Of a stretch of 64,000 bases of DNA, positions 13,201 through 24,900 are shown in pieces. The notes under the pieces are model-generated. The model saw nothing but the letters and a program-made list of their open reading frames with translations. It did no database searches and was not told the origin of the DNA. A program made the position numbers and the translations under genes. Each line of letters opens with the position of its first letter. Within the stretch, counting starts at the first letter, position 1. This stretch comes from Eledone cirrhosa (lineage: Eukaryota). The DNA is taken from the NCBI GenBank assembly GCA_964016885.1, contig OZ024743.1, forward strand, positions 133,362,001 through 133,426,000, read 5' to 3'.

Positions 13201-14459
13201 GTTGTTTGGTGTTTGGTGCTTGGTGCTTGGTGTTTGGTGCTTGGTGCTTGGTGCTTGATGTTTGGTGCTTGGTGCTTGGTGTTTGGTGCTTGGTGCTTGG
13301 TGCTTGGTGCTTGGTGTTAGGTGTTTGGTGCTTGGTGCTTATTGTTTGATGTTTGGTCCTTGGTGCTTGGTGTTTGGTGTTTGGTGCTTGGTGCTTGGTG
13401 TTTGGTGTTTTGTGTTTGGAGTTTGGTGCTTGGTGTTTGGTGCTTCGGGCTTGGTGCTTGGTGTTTGGTGCTTGGTGCTTGGTGTTTGGTGCTTGGTGCC
13501 TGGTGCTTGGTGTTTGGTGCTTGGTGCTTGGTGTTTGGTGATTGGTGCTTGGTGTTTGGTGCTTGGTGCTTGGTGCCTGGTGCTTGGTGTTAGGTGTTTG
13601 GTGCTTGGTGCTTGGTGTTTGATGTTTGGTCCTTGGTGCTTGGTGTTTGGTGTTTGGTGCTTGGTGTTTGGTGTTTGGTGTTTGGAGCTTGGTGCTTGGT
13701 GTTTGGTGCTTGCTGCCTGCTGCATGGGTTTTGGTGCTTGGTGATTGGTGCTTGGTGTTTTGCGCTTGGTGCTTGGTGTTTGGTGTTTGGTGTTTGGTGC
13801 TTGGTGCTTGGTGCTTGGTGCTTGGTGTTTGGTGCTGCGTGCTTGGTGTTTGGTGTCTGGAGTTTGGTGCTTGGTGCTTGGTGCCTGGTGTTTCGTGCTT
13901 GGTGCTTGGTGCTTGGTGTTTGGTGTTTGGTGCTTGGTGTTTGGTGCTTGGTGCCTGGTGCTTGGTGTTTGGTGCTTGGAGCTTGGTGTTTGGTGATTGG
14001 TGCTTGGTGTTTGGTGATTGGTGCTTGATGTTTGGTTCTTGGCGTTAGGTGTTTGGTGCTTGGTGCTTGGTGTTTGATGTTTGGTCCTTGGTGCTTGGTG
14101 TTTGGTGTTTGGTGCTTGGTTCTTGTTGTTTGGTGTTTGGTGCTTGCTGCTTGCTGCTTGGTGTTTGGTGGTTGGTGTTTTGTGCTTGATGCTTGGTGTT
14201 TGTTGTTTGGTGCTAGGGGCTTAGTGCTTGGTGCTTGGTGTTTGGTGCTTGGTGCTTGTTGTTTGGTGTTTGGTGCTTGGTGCGTGGGACTTAGTGTTTG
14301 GTGTTTGGTGCTTGGTGTTTGGTGCTTGGTGTTTGGGGCTTGGTGTTCGGTGCTTGGTGCCTGGTGCTTGGGGCTTGGTGTTTGGTGTTTGGTGCTTGGT
14401 GCTTGGTGTTTGATGTTGGGTCCTTGGTGCTTGGTGCTTGGTGTTTGGTGCTTGGTGTT

Positions 14460-15830
14460 TGGTGCTTGGTGCTTGATGTTTGGTGTTTGGTTCTTGGTGC
14501 TTGGTGTTTGGTGTTTGGTGTTTGGTGCTTGGTGCTTGGTGCTTGGTGTTTGGTGCTTGGTGCATGGTGCTTGGTGCTGCGTGCTTGGTGTTTGGTGTTT
14601 GGTGCTTGGTGCCTGGTGCTTGTTGTTTGGTGTTTGGTGCTTAATGCTTGGTGTTTGGTGTTTGGTGCTTGGTGCTTGGTGGCTGGTGTTTGGTGCTTGG
14701 TGTTTGGAGTTTGCTGCTTGGTGCTTGGTGCCTGGTGTTTCGTGCTTGGTGCTTGGTGCTTGGTGTTTCGTGTTTGGTTCTTGGTGTTTGGTGCTAGGTG
14801 CTTGGTGCTTGGTGCTTGGTGTTTGGTGCTTGGTGTTTGATGCTGCGTGCTTGGTGTTTGGTGTTTGGTGCTTGGTGCTTGGTGTTTGGTGTTTGGAGCT
14901 TGGTGCCTGGTGCTTGTTGTTTGGTGTTTGGTGCTTGTTGCTTGGTGATTGGTTTTTGGTGCTTGGTGCTTGGTGCTTGGTATCTGGTGTTTGGTGCTTG
15001 ATGTTTGGTGTTTGGTGCTTGCTGCTTGGCGCTTGGTGTTTGGTGTTTGGTGCTTGGTGCTTGGTGTTTGGTGCTTGGTGTTTGTTGTTTTGTGTTTGGT
15101 GTTTGGTGCTTGGTACCTGGTGCTTGGTGCTTGGTGCTTGTTGTTTGGTGCTTGGTGTTTGGTGATTAGTGTTTGGTGCTTGGTGCTTGCGGTTTGGTGT
15201 TTGGTGCTTGGGGTTTGGTGTTTGCTGCTTGGTGCTTGGTGTTTGGTGCTTTGTGCTTGGTGCTTGGTGTTTGGTGCTTGGTGCTTGGAGTTTGGTGCTT
15301 GGTGCTTGGTGTTTGGTGTTTGGCATTTGCTGTTTGCTGTTTGCTTTTTGGTGTTTGCTGTTTGCTGTTTGCTGTTTGGTGTTTGCTGTTTGGTGCTTGA
15401 TGTTTGGTGCTTGGTGCTTGGCGTTTGGTGTTTGGTGTTTGGTGCTTGGTGCTTGGTGTTTGGTGCTTGGTGCTTGGTGCTGGGTGTTTGGTGCTTGGTC
15501 CTTGGTGTTTGGTGCTTGGTGCGTGTTGCTTGGTGTTTGGTCCTTGGTGCTTTGTGCTTGGGTTTTGGTGTTTGGTGCTTGCTGTTTGGTGCTTGCTCTT
15601 TGGTGCTTGGTGCTTGGTGATTCGTGTTTGGTGATTGGTGCTTGGGGTTTGGTGTTTGGTGCTTGGTGTTTGGTGCTTGGTGCTTGCTGTTTGGTGTTTG
15701 GTGTTTGGTTTTGGTGCTTGGTGTTTGATGTTTGGTGTTTGGTGCTTGGTGCTTGGTGTTTGGTGCTGCGTGCTTGGTGTTTGGTGTTTGGTGCTTGGTG
15801 CCTGGTGATGTTGTTTGGTGTTTGGTGCTT
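14460..15830 (+). repeat. Alternative ~1.37-kb HOR block absent from the 5318-bp unit; copies at ~21910-23280 and ~26210-27590
   Basis: ORFs 14949/22398/26700 and 15173/22622/26924 are identical. Carries variants not seen in 1-14240 (GGTATCTGG, GGTACCTGG, GGCATTTGC, GCGTGTTGC, GATTCGTG) and the 6-bp monomer TTGGTT at 15705/23154/27456. Confidence 0.88.
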
Positions 15831-15901
15831 AGTGCTTGGTGTTTGGTGTTTGGTGCTTGCTGCTTGGTGCTTGGTGTTTGGTGCTTGGTGCTTGGTGATT
15901 A

Positions 15902-18900
15902 GTGTTTGGTGCATGGTGCTTGGTGTTTGTTGTTTGGTGCTTGGTGCTTTGTGTTTGGTGCTTGGTGCTTGCTGTTTGGTGTTTAGTGTTTGGTGCTTGG
16001 TGCTTGGTGTTTGGTGTTTGGTGTTTGGTGTTTGGTGCTTGGTGCTTGGTGTTTGGAGCTTGGTGTTTGGTGCTTGGTGTATGTACTTGGTGCTTGGTGC
16101 TTGGTGTTTGATGCTTGGTTCTTGGTGTTTGGTGCTTGGTGCTTGGTGCTTGGTGTTTGGTGCTTGGTGCTTGGTGTTTGGTACTTGGTGCTTGGTGTTT
16201 GGTGTTTGGTGTTTGGTGTTTGGTGCTTGGTGCTTGGTGCTTGGTGTTAAGTGTTTGGTGCTTGGTGCTTGGTGTTTGGTGCTTCGTGCTTGGTGCTTGG
16301 TGTTTGGTGCATGGTGCTTGATGTTTGGGGCTTGGTGCCTGGTGCTTGGTGTTTGGTGCTTGGTGCTTGGTGCTTGGTGTTTGGTGTTTGGTGCTTGGTG
16401 CTTGGTGTTTGGTGCTTGGTGCTTGGTGCTTGGTGTTCGGTGCTTGGTGCTAGGTGCTTGGTACTTGGTGTTAGGTTTTTGGTGCTTGGGGCTTGGTGTT
16501 TGATGTTTGGTCCTTGGTGCTTGGTGTTTGGTGTTTGGTGCTTGGTGCTTGGTGCTTGGTGTTTCGTGTTTGGTGCTTGCTGCTTGCTGCTTGGTGTTTG
16601 GTGCTTGGTGATTGGTGCTTGGTGTTTGGTGCTTGGTGGTTGGTGCTTGGTGTTTGGTGTTTTGTGCTAGGTGCTTGGTGCTTGGTGTTTGGTGCTTGGT
16701 GCTTGGTGTTTGGTGTTTGATGCTTGGTGCTTGGGGCTTGGTGTTTGGTGCTTGCTGCTTGGTGTTTGGTGCTTGCTGCTTGGTGTTTGTTGTTTGGTGT
16801 TTGGTGCTTGGTGTTTGGTGCTTGGTGCTTGGTGCTGGGTGGTTGATGTTTGGTGCTTGGTGCTTGGTGTTTGGTGCTTGGTGCTTGGTGCTTATTGTTT
16901 GGTGCTTGGTGCTTGGTGCTTGGTGCTTGGTCTTTGGTGCTTGGTGTTTGGTGTTTGGTGTTTGGTGTTTGTGCTTGGTGCTTGGTGCTTGGTGTTTGGT
17001 GCTAGGTGCTTAACGCTTGGTGTTTGGTGCTTGGTGCTTGGTGCTTGGTGATTAGTGTTTGGTGATTGGTGCTTGGGGTTTGGTGTTTTGTGTTTGCTGT
17101 TTGGTGTATGCGGTTTGGTGTCTGCTTTTTGGTGTTTGGTGTTTGCTGTATGGTGTTTGCTGTTTTGTGTTTCGTGTTTGCTGTTTGGTGTTTGGTGCTT
17201 GGTGCTTGGTGCTTGGTGTTTGGTGCTTGGTGCTTGGTGCTTGGTGTTTGGCGTTTGCTGTTTGCTGTTTGGTGTTTGGTGTTTGCTGTTTGGTGTTTGC
17301 TGTTTGGTGTTTGGTGCTTGGTGCTTGGTGGCTGGTGTTCGGTGCTTGGTGTTTGGATTTTGGTCCTTGGTGCTTGGTGCCTGGTGTTTCGTGCTTGGTG
17401 CTTGGTGTTTGGTGTTTGGTATTTGGTGCTTGGTGCTTGGTGCTTGGTGTTTGGTGGTTGGTGCTTGGTGCTTGGTGTTTAATGCTGCGTGCTTGGTGTT
17501 TGGTGTTTGGTGCTTGGTGCTTGGTGTTTGGTGATTGGAGCTTGGTGCCTGGTGCTTGTTGTTTGGTGCCTGGTGCTTGTTGTTTGGTGTTTGGTGCTTG
17601 GTGCTTGGTGTTTGGTGCTTGGTGCTTGGTGCTTGATGTTTGGTGTTTGGTGCTTGGTGCGTGGGACTTAGTGTTTGGTGTTTGGTGCTTGGTGTTTGGT
17701 GCTTGGTGTTTGGGGCTTGGTGTTCGGTGCTTGGTGCCTGGTGCTTGGGGCTTGGTGTTTGGTGTTTGGTGCTTGGTGCTTGGTGTTTGATGTTGGGTCC
17801 TTGGTGCTTGGTGCTTGGTGTTTGGTGCTTGGTGTTTGGTACTTGGTGCTTGGTGCTTGGTGTTAAGTGTTTGGTGCTTGGTGCTTGGTGTTTGGTGCTT
17901 CGTGCTTGGTGCTTGGTGTTTGGTGGATGGTGCTTGGTGTTTGGGGCTTGGTGCCTGGTGCTTTGTGTTTGGTGCTAGGTGCTTGGTGCTTGGTCTTCAG
18001 TGTTTGGTGCTTGGTGCTTGGTGCTTGGTGTTTGGTGCTTGGTGCTTGGTGCTTGGTTATTAGTGTTTAATGCTTGGTGCTTGGTGCTTGGTGTTTGGTG
18101 CTTGGTGCTTGGTGCTTGGTGTTTGGCGTTTGCTCTTTGCTGTTTGGTGTTTGGTGCTTGCTGTTTGGTGTTTGGTGTTTGGTGTTTGGTGTTTGGTGCT
18201 TGCTGTTTGGTGCTTGGTGCTTGGTGTTTGGTGTTTGGTGCTTGGTGTGTGGTGTTAAGTGTTTGGTGCTTGGTGCTTGGTGTTTGGTGCTTCGTGCTTG
18301 GTGCTTGGTGTTTGGTGCATGGTGCTTGGTGTTTGGCGCTTGGTGCCTGGTGCTTTGTGTTTGGTGCTAGGTGCTTGGTGCTTGGTGTTTGGTGCTTGGT
18401 GCTTGGTGCTTGGTTATTAGTGTTTGGTGCTTGGTGCTTGGGGTTTGGTGTTTGGTGCTTGGTGCTTGGTGTTTGGTGTTTGCTGTATGGTGTTTGCTGT
18501 TTCGTGTTTGGTGTTTGCTGTTTGGTGTTTAATGCTTGGTGCTTGGTGCTTGGTGTTTGGTGCTTGGTGCTTGGTGCTTGGTGTTTGGCGTTTGCTCTTT
18601 GCTGTTTGGTGTTTGGTGCTTGCTGTTTGGTGTTTGGTGTTTGGTGTTTGGTGTTTGGTGCTTGCTGTTTGGTGCTTGGTGCTTGGTGTTTGGTCTTTGG
18701 TGTTTGGTGCTTGGTGCTTGGTGTTTGGTGCTTGGTGCTTGGTGCTTGGTGCTGGGTGTTTGGTGCTTGGTGCTTGGTGTTTGGTGCTTGGTGCTTGATG
18801 CTTGGTGCTTGGTGTTTGGTCCTTGGTGCTTGGTGCTTGGTCTTTGGTACTTGGGGTTTGGTGTTTGGTGCTTGGTGCTTGGTGTTTGGTGCTTGGTGCT

Positions 18901-18972
18901 TGGTGCTTGGTGTTTGGTGTTTGGTGCTTGCTGCTTGGTGCTTGGTGTTTGGTGCTTGGTGCTTGGTGATTA
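15902..18972 (+). repeat. 3071-bp deletion derivative of the 5318-bp HOR (missing 2142 bp at ~17640 and 105 bp at ~18065)
   Basis: Offset to the left-hand HOR steps from 15014 (2045/17059) to 12872 (4803/17675, 5107/17979) to 12767 (5307/18074). The steps are 306x7 and 15x7. Confidence 0.88.
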
Positions 18973-21900
18973 GTGTTTGGTGCATGGTGCTTGGTGTTTG
19001 TTGTTTGGTGCTTGGTGCTTTGTGTTTGGTGCTTGGTGCTTGCTGTTTGGTGTTTAGTGTTTGGTGCTTGGTGCTTGGTGTTTGGTGTTTGGTGTTTGGT
19101 GTTTGGTGCTTGGTGCTTGGTGTTTGGAGCTTGGTGTTTGGTGCTTGGTGTATGTACTTGGTGCTTGGTGCTTGGTGTTTGATGCTTGGTTCTTGGTGTT
19201 TGGTGCTTGGTGCTTGGTGCTTGGTGTTTGGTGCTTGGTGCTTGGTGTTTGGTACTTGGTGCTTGGTGTTTGGTGTTTGGTGTTTGGTGTTTGGTGCTTG
19301 GTGCTTGGTGCTTGGTGTTAAGTGTTTGGTGCTTGGTGCTTGGTGTTTGGTGCTTCGTGCTTGGTGCTTGGTGTTTGGTGCATGGTGCTTGATGTTTGGG
19401 GCTTGGTGCCTGGTGCTTGGTGTTTGGTGCTTGGTGCTTGGTGCTTGGTGTTTGGTGTTTGGTGCTTGGTGCTTGGTGTTTGGTGCTTGGTGCTTGGTGC
19501 TTGGTGTTCGGTGCTTGGTGCTAGGTGCTTGGTACTTGGTGTTAGGTTTTTGGTGCTTGGGGCTTGGTGTTTGATGTTTGGTCCTTGGTGCTTGGTGTTT
19601 GGTGTTTGGTGCTTGGTGCTTGGTGCTTGGTGTTTCGTGTTTGGTGCTTGCTGCTTGCTGCTTGGTGTTTGGTGCTTGGTGATTGGTGCTTGGTGTTTGG
19701 TGCTTGGTGGTTGGTGCTTGGTGTTTGGTGTTTGGTGCTAGGTGCTTGGTGCTTGGTGTTTGGTGCTTGGTGCTTGGTGTTTGGTGTTTGATGCTTGGTG
19801 CTTGGGGCTTGGTGTTTGGTGCTTGCTGCTTGGTGTTTGGTGCTTGCTGCTTGGTGTTTGTTGTTTGGTGTTTGGTGCTTGGTGTTTGGTGCTTGGTGCT
19901 TGGTGCTGGGTGGTTGATGTTTGGTGCTTGGTGCTTGGTGTTTGGTGCTTGGTGCTTGGTGCTTATTGTTTGGTGCTTGGTGCTTGGTGCTTGGTGCTTG
20001 GTCTTTGGTGCTTGGTGTTTGGTGTTTGGTGTTTGGTGTTTGTGCTTGGTGCTTGGTGCTTGGTGTTTGGTGCTAGGTGCTTAACGCTTGGTGTTTGGTG
20101 CTTGGTGCTTGGTGCTTGGTGATTAGTGTTTGGTGATTGGTGCTTGGGGTTTGGTGTTTTGTGTTTGCTGTTTGGTGTATGCGGTTTGGTGTCTGCTTTT
20201 TGGTGTTTGGTGTTTGCTGTATGGTGTTTGCTGTTTTGTGTTTCGTGTTTGCTGTTTGGTGTTTGGTGCTTGGTGCTTGGTGCTTGGTGTTTGGTGCTTG
20301 GTGCTTGGTGCTTGGTGTTTGGCGTTTGCTGTTTGCTGTTTGGTGTTAGGTGTTTGCTGTTTGGTGTTTGCTGTTTGGTGTTTGGTGGTTGGTGCTTGGT
20401 GGCTGGTGTTCGGTGCTTGGTGTTTGGATTTTGGTCCTTGGTGCTTGGTGCCTGGTGTTTCGTGCTTGGTGCTTGGTGTTTGGTGTTTGGTATTTGGTGC
20501 TTGGTGCTTGGTGCTTGGTGTTTGGTGGTTGGTGCTTGGTGCTTGGTGTTTAATGCTGCGTGCTTGGTGTTTGGTGTTTGGTGCTTGGTGCTTGGTGTTT
20601 GGTGATTGGAGCTTGGTGCCTGGTGCTTGTTGTTTGGTGCCTGGTGCTTGTTGTTTGGTGTTTGGTGCTTGGTGCTTGGTGTTTGGTGCTTGGTGCTTGG
20701 TGCTTGATGTTTGGTGCTTGGTGCTTGGTGTTTGGTGCTTGGTGCTTGGTGCTTGGTGCTTGGTGTTAGGTGTTTGGTGCTTGGTGCTTATTGTTTGATG
20801 TTTGGTCCTTGGTGCTTGGTGTTTGGTGTTTGGTGCTTGGTGCTTGGTGTTTGGTGTTTTGTGTTTGGAGTTTGGTGCTTGGTGTTTGGTGCTTCGGGCT
20901 TGGTGCTTGGTGTTTGGTGCTTGGTGCTTGGTGTTTGGTGCTTGGTGCCTGGTGCTTGGTGTTTGGTGCTTGGTGCTTGGTGTTTGGTGATTGGTGCTTG
21001 GTGTTTGGTGCTTGGTGCTTGGTGCCTGGTGCTTGGTGTTAGGTGTTTGGTGCTTGGTGCTTGGTGTTTGATGTTTGGTCCTTGGTGCTTGGTGTTTGGT
21101 GTTTGGTGCTTGGTGTTTGGTGTTTGGTGTTTGGAGCTTGGTGCTTGGTGTTTGGTGCTTGCTGCCTGCTGCATGGGTTTTGGTGCTTGGTGATTGGTGC
21201 TTGGTGTTTTGCGCTTGGTGCTTGGTGTTTGGTGTTTGGTGTTTGGTGCTTGGTGCTTGGTGCTTGGTGCTTGGTGTTTGGTGCTGCGTGCTTGGTGTTT
21301 GGTGTCTGGAGTTTGGTGCTTGGTGCTTGGTGCCTGGTGTTTCGTGCTTGGTGCTTGGTGCTTGGTGTTTGGTGTTTGGTGCTTGGTGTTTGGTGCTTGG
21401 TGCCTGGTGCTTGGTGTTTGGTGCTTGGAGCTTGGTGTTTGGTGATTGGTGCTTGGTGTTTGGTGATTGGTGCTTGATGTTTGGTTCTTGGCGTTAGGTG
21501 TTTGGTGCTTGGTGCTTGGTGTTTGATGTTTGGTCCTTGGTGCTTGGTGTTTGGTGTTTGGTGCTTGGTTCTTGTTGTTTGGTGTTTGGTGCTTGCTGCT
21601 TGCTGCTTGGTGTTTGGTGGTTGGTGTTTTGTGCTTGATGCTTGGTGTTTGTTGTTTGGTGCTAGGGGCTTAGTGCTTGGTGCTTGGTGTTTGGTGCTTG
21701 GTGCTTGTTGTTTGGTGTTTGGTGCTTGGTGCGTGGGACTTAGTGTTTGGTGTTTGGTGCTTGGTGTTTGGTGCTTGGTGTTTGGGGCTTGGTGTTCGGT
21801 GCTTGGTGCCTGGTGCTTGGGGCTTGGTGTTTGGTGTTTGGTGCTTGGTGCTTGGTGTTTGATGTTGGGTCCTTGGTGCTTGGTGCTTGGTGTTTGGTGC

Positions 21901-24900
21901 TTGGTGTTTGGTGCTTGGTGCTTGATGTTTGGTGTTTGGTTCTTGGTGCTTGGTGTTTGGTGTTTGGTGTTTGGTGCTTGGTGCTTGGTGCTTGGTGTTT
22001 GGTGCTTGGTGCATGGTGCTTGGTGCTGCGTGCTTGGTGTTTGGTGTTTGGTGCTTGGTGCCTGGTGCTTGTTGTTTGGTGTTTGGTGCTTAATGCTTGG
22101 TGTTTGGTGTTTGGTGCTTGGTGCTTGGTGGCTGGTGTTTGGTGCTTGGTGTTTGGAGTTTGCTGCTTGGTGCTTGGTGCCTGGTGTTTCGTGCTTGGTG
22201 CTTGGTGCTTGGTGTTTCGTGTTTGGTTCTTGGTGTTTGGTGCTAGGTGCTTGGTGCTTGGTGCTTGGTGTTTGGTGCTTGGTGTTTGATGCTGCGTGCT
22301 TGGTGTTTGGTGTTTGGTGCTTGGTGCTTGGTGTTTGGTGTTTGGAGCTTGGTGCCTGGTGCTTGTTGTTTGGTGTTTGGTGCTTGTTGCTTGGTGATTG
22401 GTTTTTGGTGCTTGGTGCTTGGTGCTTGGTATCTGGTGTTTGGTGCTTGATGTTTGGTGTTTGGTGCTTGCTGCTTGGCGCTTGGTGTTTGGTGTTTGGT
22501 GCTTGGTGCTTGGTGTTTGGTGCTTGGTGTTTGTTGTTTTGTGTTTGGTGTTTGGTGCTTGGTACCTGGTGCTTGGTGCTTGGTGCTTGTTGTTTGGTGC
22601 TTGGTGTTTGGTGATTAGTGTTTGGTGCTTGGTGCTTGCGGTTTGGTGTTTGGTGCTTGGGGTTTGGTGTTTGCTGCTTGGTGCTTGGTGTTTGGTGCTT
22701 TGTGCTTGGTGCTTGGTGTTTGGTGCTTGGTGCTTGGAGTTTGGTGCTTGGTGCTTGGTGTTTGGTGTTTGGCATTTGCTGTTTGCTGTTTGCTTTTTGG
22801 TGTTTGCTGTTTGCTGTTTGCTGTTTGGTGTTTGCTGTTTGGTGCTTGATGTTTGGTGCTTGGTGCTTGGCGTTTGGTGTTTGGTGTTTGGTGCTTGGTG
22901 CTTGGTGTTTGGTGCTTGGTGCTTGGTGCTGGGTGTTTGGTGCTTGGTCCTTGGTGTTTGGTGCTTGGTGCGTGTTGCTTGGTGTTTGGTCCTTGGTGCT
23001 TTGTGCTTGGGTTTTGGTGTTTGGTGCTTGCTGTTTGGTGCTTGCTCTTTGGTGCTTGGTGCTTGGTGATTCGTGTTTGGTGATTGGTGCTTGGGGTTTG
23101 GTGTTTGGTGCTTGGTGTTTGGTGCTTGGTGCTTGCTGTTTGGTGTTTGGTGTTTGGTTTTGGTGCTTGGTGTTTGATGTTTGGTGTTTGGTGCTTGGTG
23201 CTTGGTGTTTGGTGCTGCGTGCTTGGTGTTTGGTGTTTGGTGCTTGGTGCCTGGTGCTTGTTGTTTGGTGTTTGGTGCTTAGTGCTTGGTGTTTGGTGTT
23301 TGGTGCTTGCTGCTTGGTGCTTGGTGTTTGGTGCTTGGTGCTTGGTGATTAGTGTTTGGTGCATGGTGCTTGGTGTTTGTTGTTTGGTGCTTGGTGCTTT
23401 GTGTTTGGTGCTTGGTGCTTGCTGTTTGGTGTTTAGTGTTTGGTGCTTGGTGCTTGGTGTTTGGTGTTTGGTGTTTGGTGTTTGGTGCTTGGTGCTTGGT
23501 GTTTGGAGCTTGGTGTTTGGTGCTTGGTGTATGTACTTGGTGCTTGGTGCTTGGTGTTTGATGCTTGGTTCTTGGTGTTTGGTGCTTGGTGCTTGGTGCT
23601 TGGTGTTTGGTGCTTGGTGCTTGGTGTTTGGTACTTGGTGCTTGGTGTTTGGTGTTTGGTGTTTGGTGTTTGGTGCTTGGTGCTTGGTGCTTGGTGTTAA
23701 GTGTTTGGTGCTTGGTGCTTGGTGTTTGGTGCTTCGTGCTTGGTGCTTGGTGTTTGGTGCATGGTGCTTGATGTTTGGGGCTTGGTGCCTGGTGCTTGGT
23801 GTTTGGTGCTTGGTGCTTGGTGCTTGGTGTTTGGTGTTTGGTGCTTGGTGCTTGGTGTTTGGTGCTTGGTGCTTGGTGCTTGGTGTTCGGTGCTTGGTGC
23901 TAGGTGCTTGGTACTTGGTGTTAGGTTTTTGGTGCTTGGGGCTTGGTGTTTGATGTTTGGTCCTTGGTGCTTGGTGTTTGGTGTTTGGTGCTTGGTGCTT
24001 GGTGCTTGGTGTTTCGTGTTTGGTGCTTGCTGCTTGCTGCTTGGTGTTTGGTGCTTGGTGATTGGTGCTTGGTGTTTGGTGCTTGGTGGTTGGTGCTTGG
24101 TGTTTGGTGTTTTGTGCTAGGTGCTTGGTGCTTGGTGTTTGGTGCTTGGTGCTTGGTGTTTGGTGTTTGATGCTTGGTGCTTGGGGCTTGGTGTTTGGTG
24201 CTTGCTGCTTGGTGTTTGGTGCTTGCTGCTTGGTGTTTGTTGTTTGGTGTTTGGTGCTTGGTGTTTGGTGCTTGGTGCTTGGTGCTGGGTGGTTGATGTT
24301 TGGTGCTTGGTGCTTGGTGTTTGGTGCTTGGTGCTTGGTGCTTATTGTTTGGTGCTTGGTGCTTGGTGCTTGGTGCTTGGTCTTTGGTGCTTGGTGTTTG
24401 GTGTTTGGTGTTTGGTGTTTGTGCTTGGTGCTTGGTGCTTGGTGTTTGGTGCTAGGTGCTTAACGCTTGGTGTTTGGTGCTTGGTGCTTGGTGCTTGGTG
24501 ATTAGTGTTTGGTGATTGGTGCTTGGGGTTTGGTGTTTTGTGTTTGCTGTTTGGTGTATGCGGTTTGGTGTCTGCTTTTTGGTGTTTGGTGTTTGCTGTA
24601 TGGTGTTTGCTGTTTTGTGTTTCGTGTTTGCTGTTTGGTGTTTGGTGCTTGGTGCTTGGTGCTTGGTGTTTGGTGCTTGGTGCTTGGTGCTTGGTGTTTG
24701 GCGTTTGCTGTTTGCTGTTTGGTGTTTGGTGTTTGCTGTTTGGTGTTTGCTGTTTGGTGTTTGGTGCTTGGTGCTTGGTGGCTGGTGTTCGGTGCTTGGT
24801 GTTTGGATTTTGGTCCTTGGTGCTTGGTGCCTGGTGTTTCGTGCTTGGTGCTTGGTGTTTGGTGTTTGGTATTTGGTGCTTGGTGCTTGGTGCTTGGTGT

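Larger units (their letters stand above)
1..14240 (+). repeat. 5318-bp higher-order repeat, ~2.7 tandem copies (760 monomers, two of them 6 bp)
   Basis: Marker ATGTAC at 1067/6385/11703 and marker TTGTGC at 1955/7273/12591. Matching ORFs at 888/6206/11524, 2041/7359/12677 and 2958/8276/13594. 5318 = 760x7-2. Confidence 0.95.
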
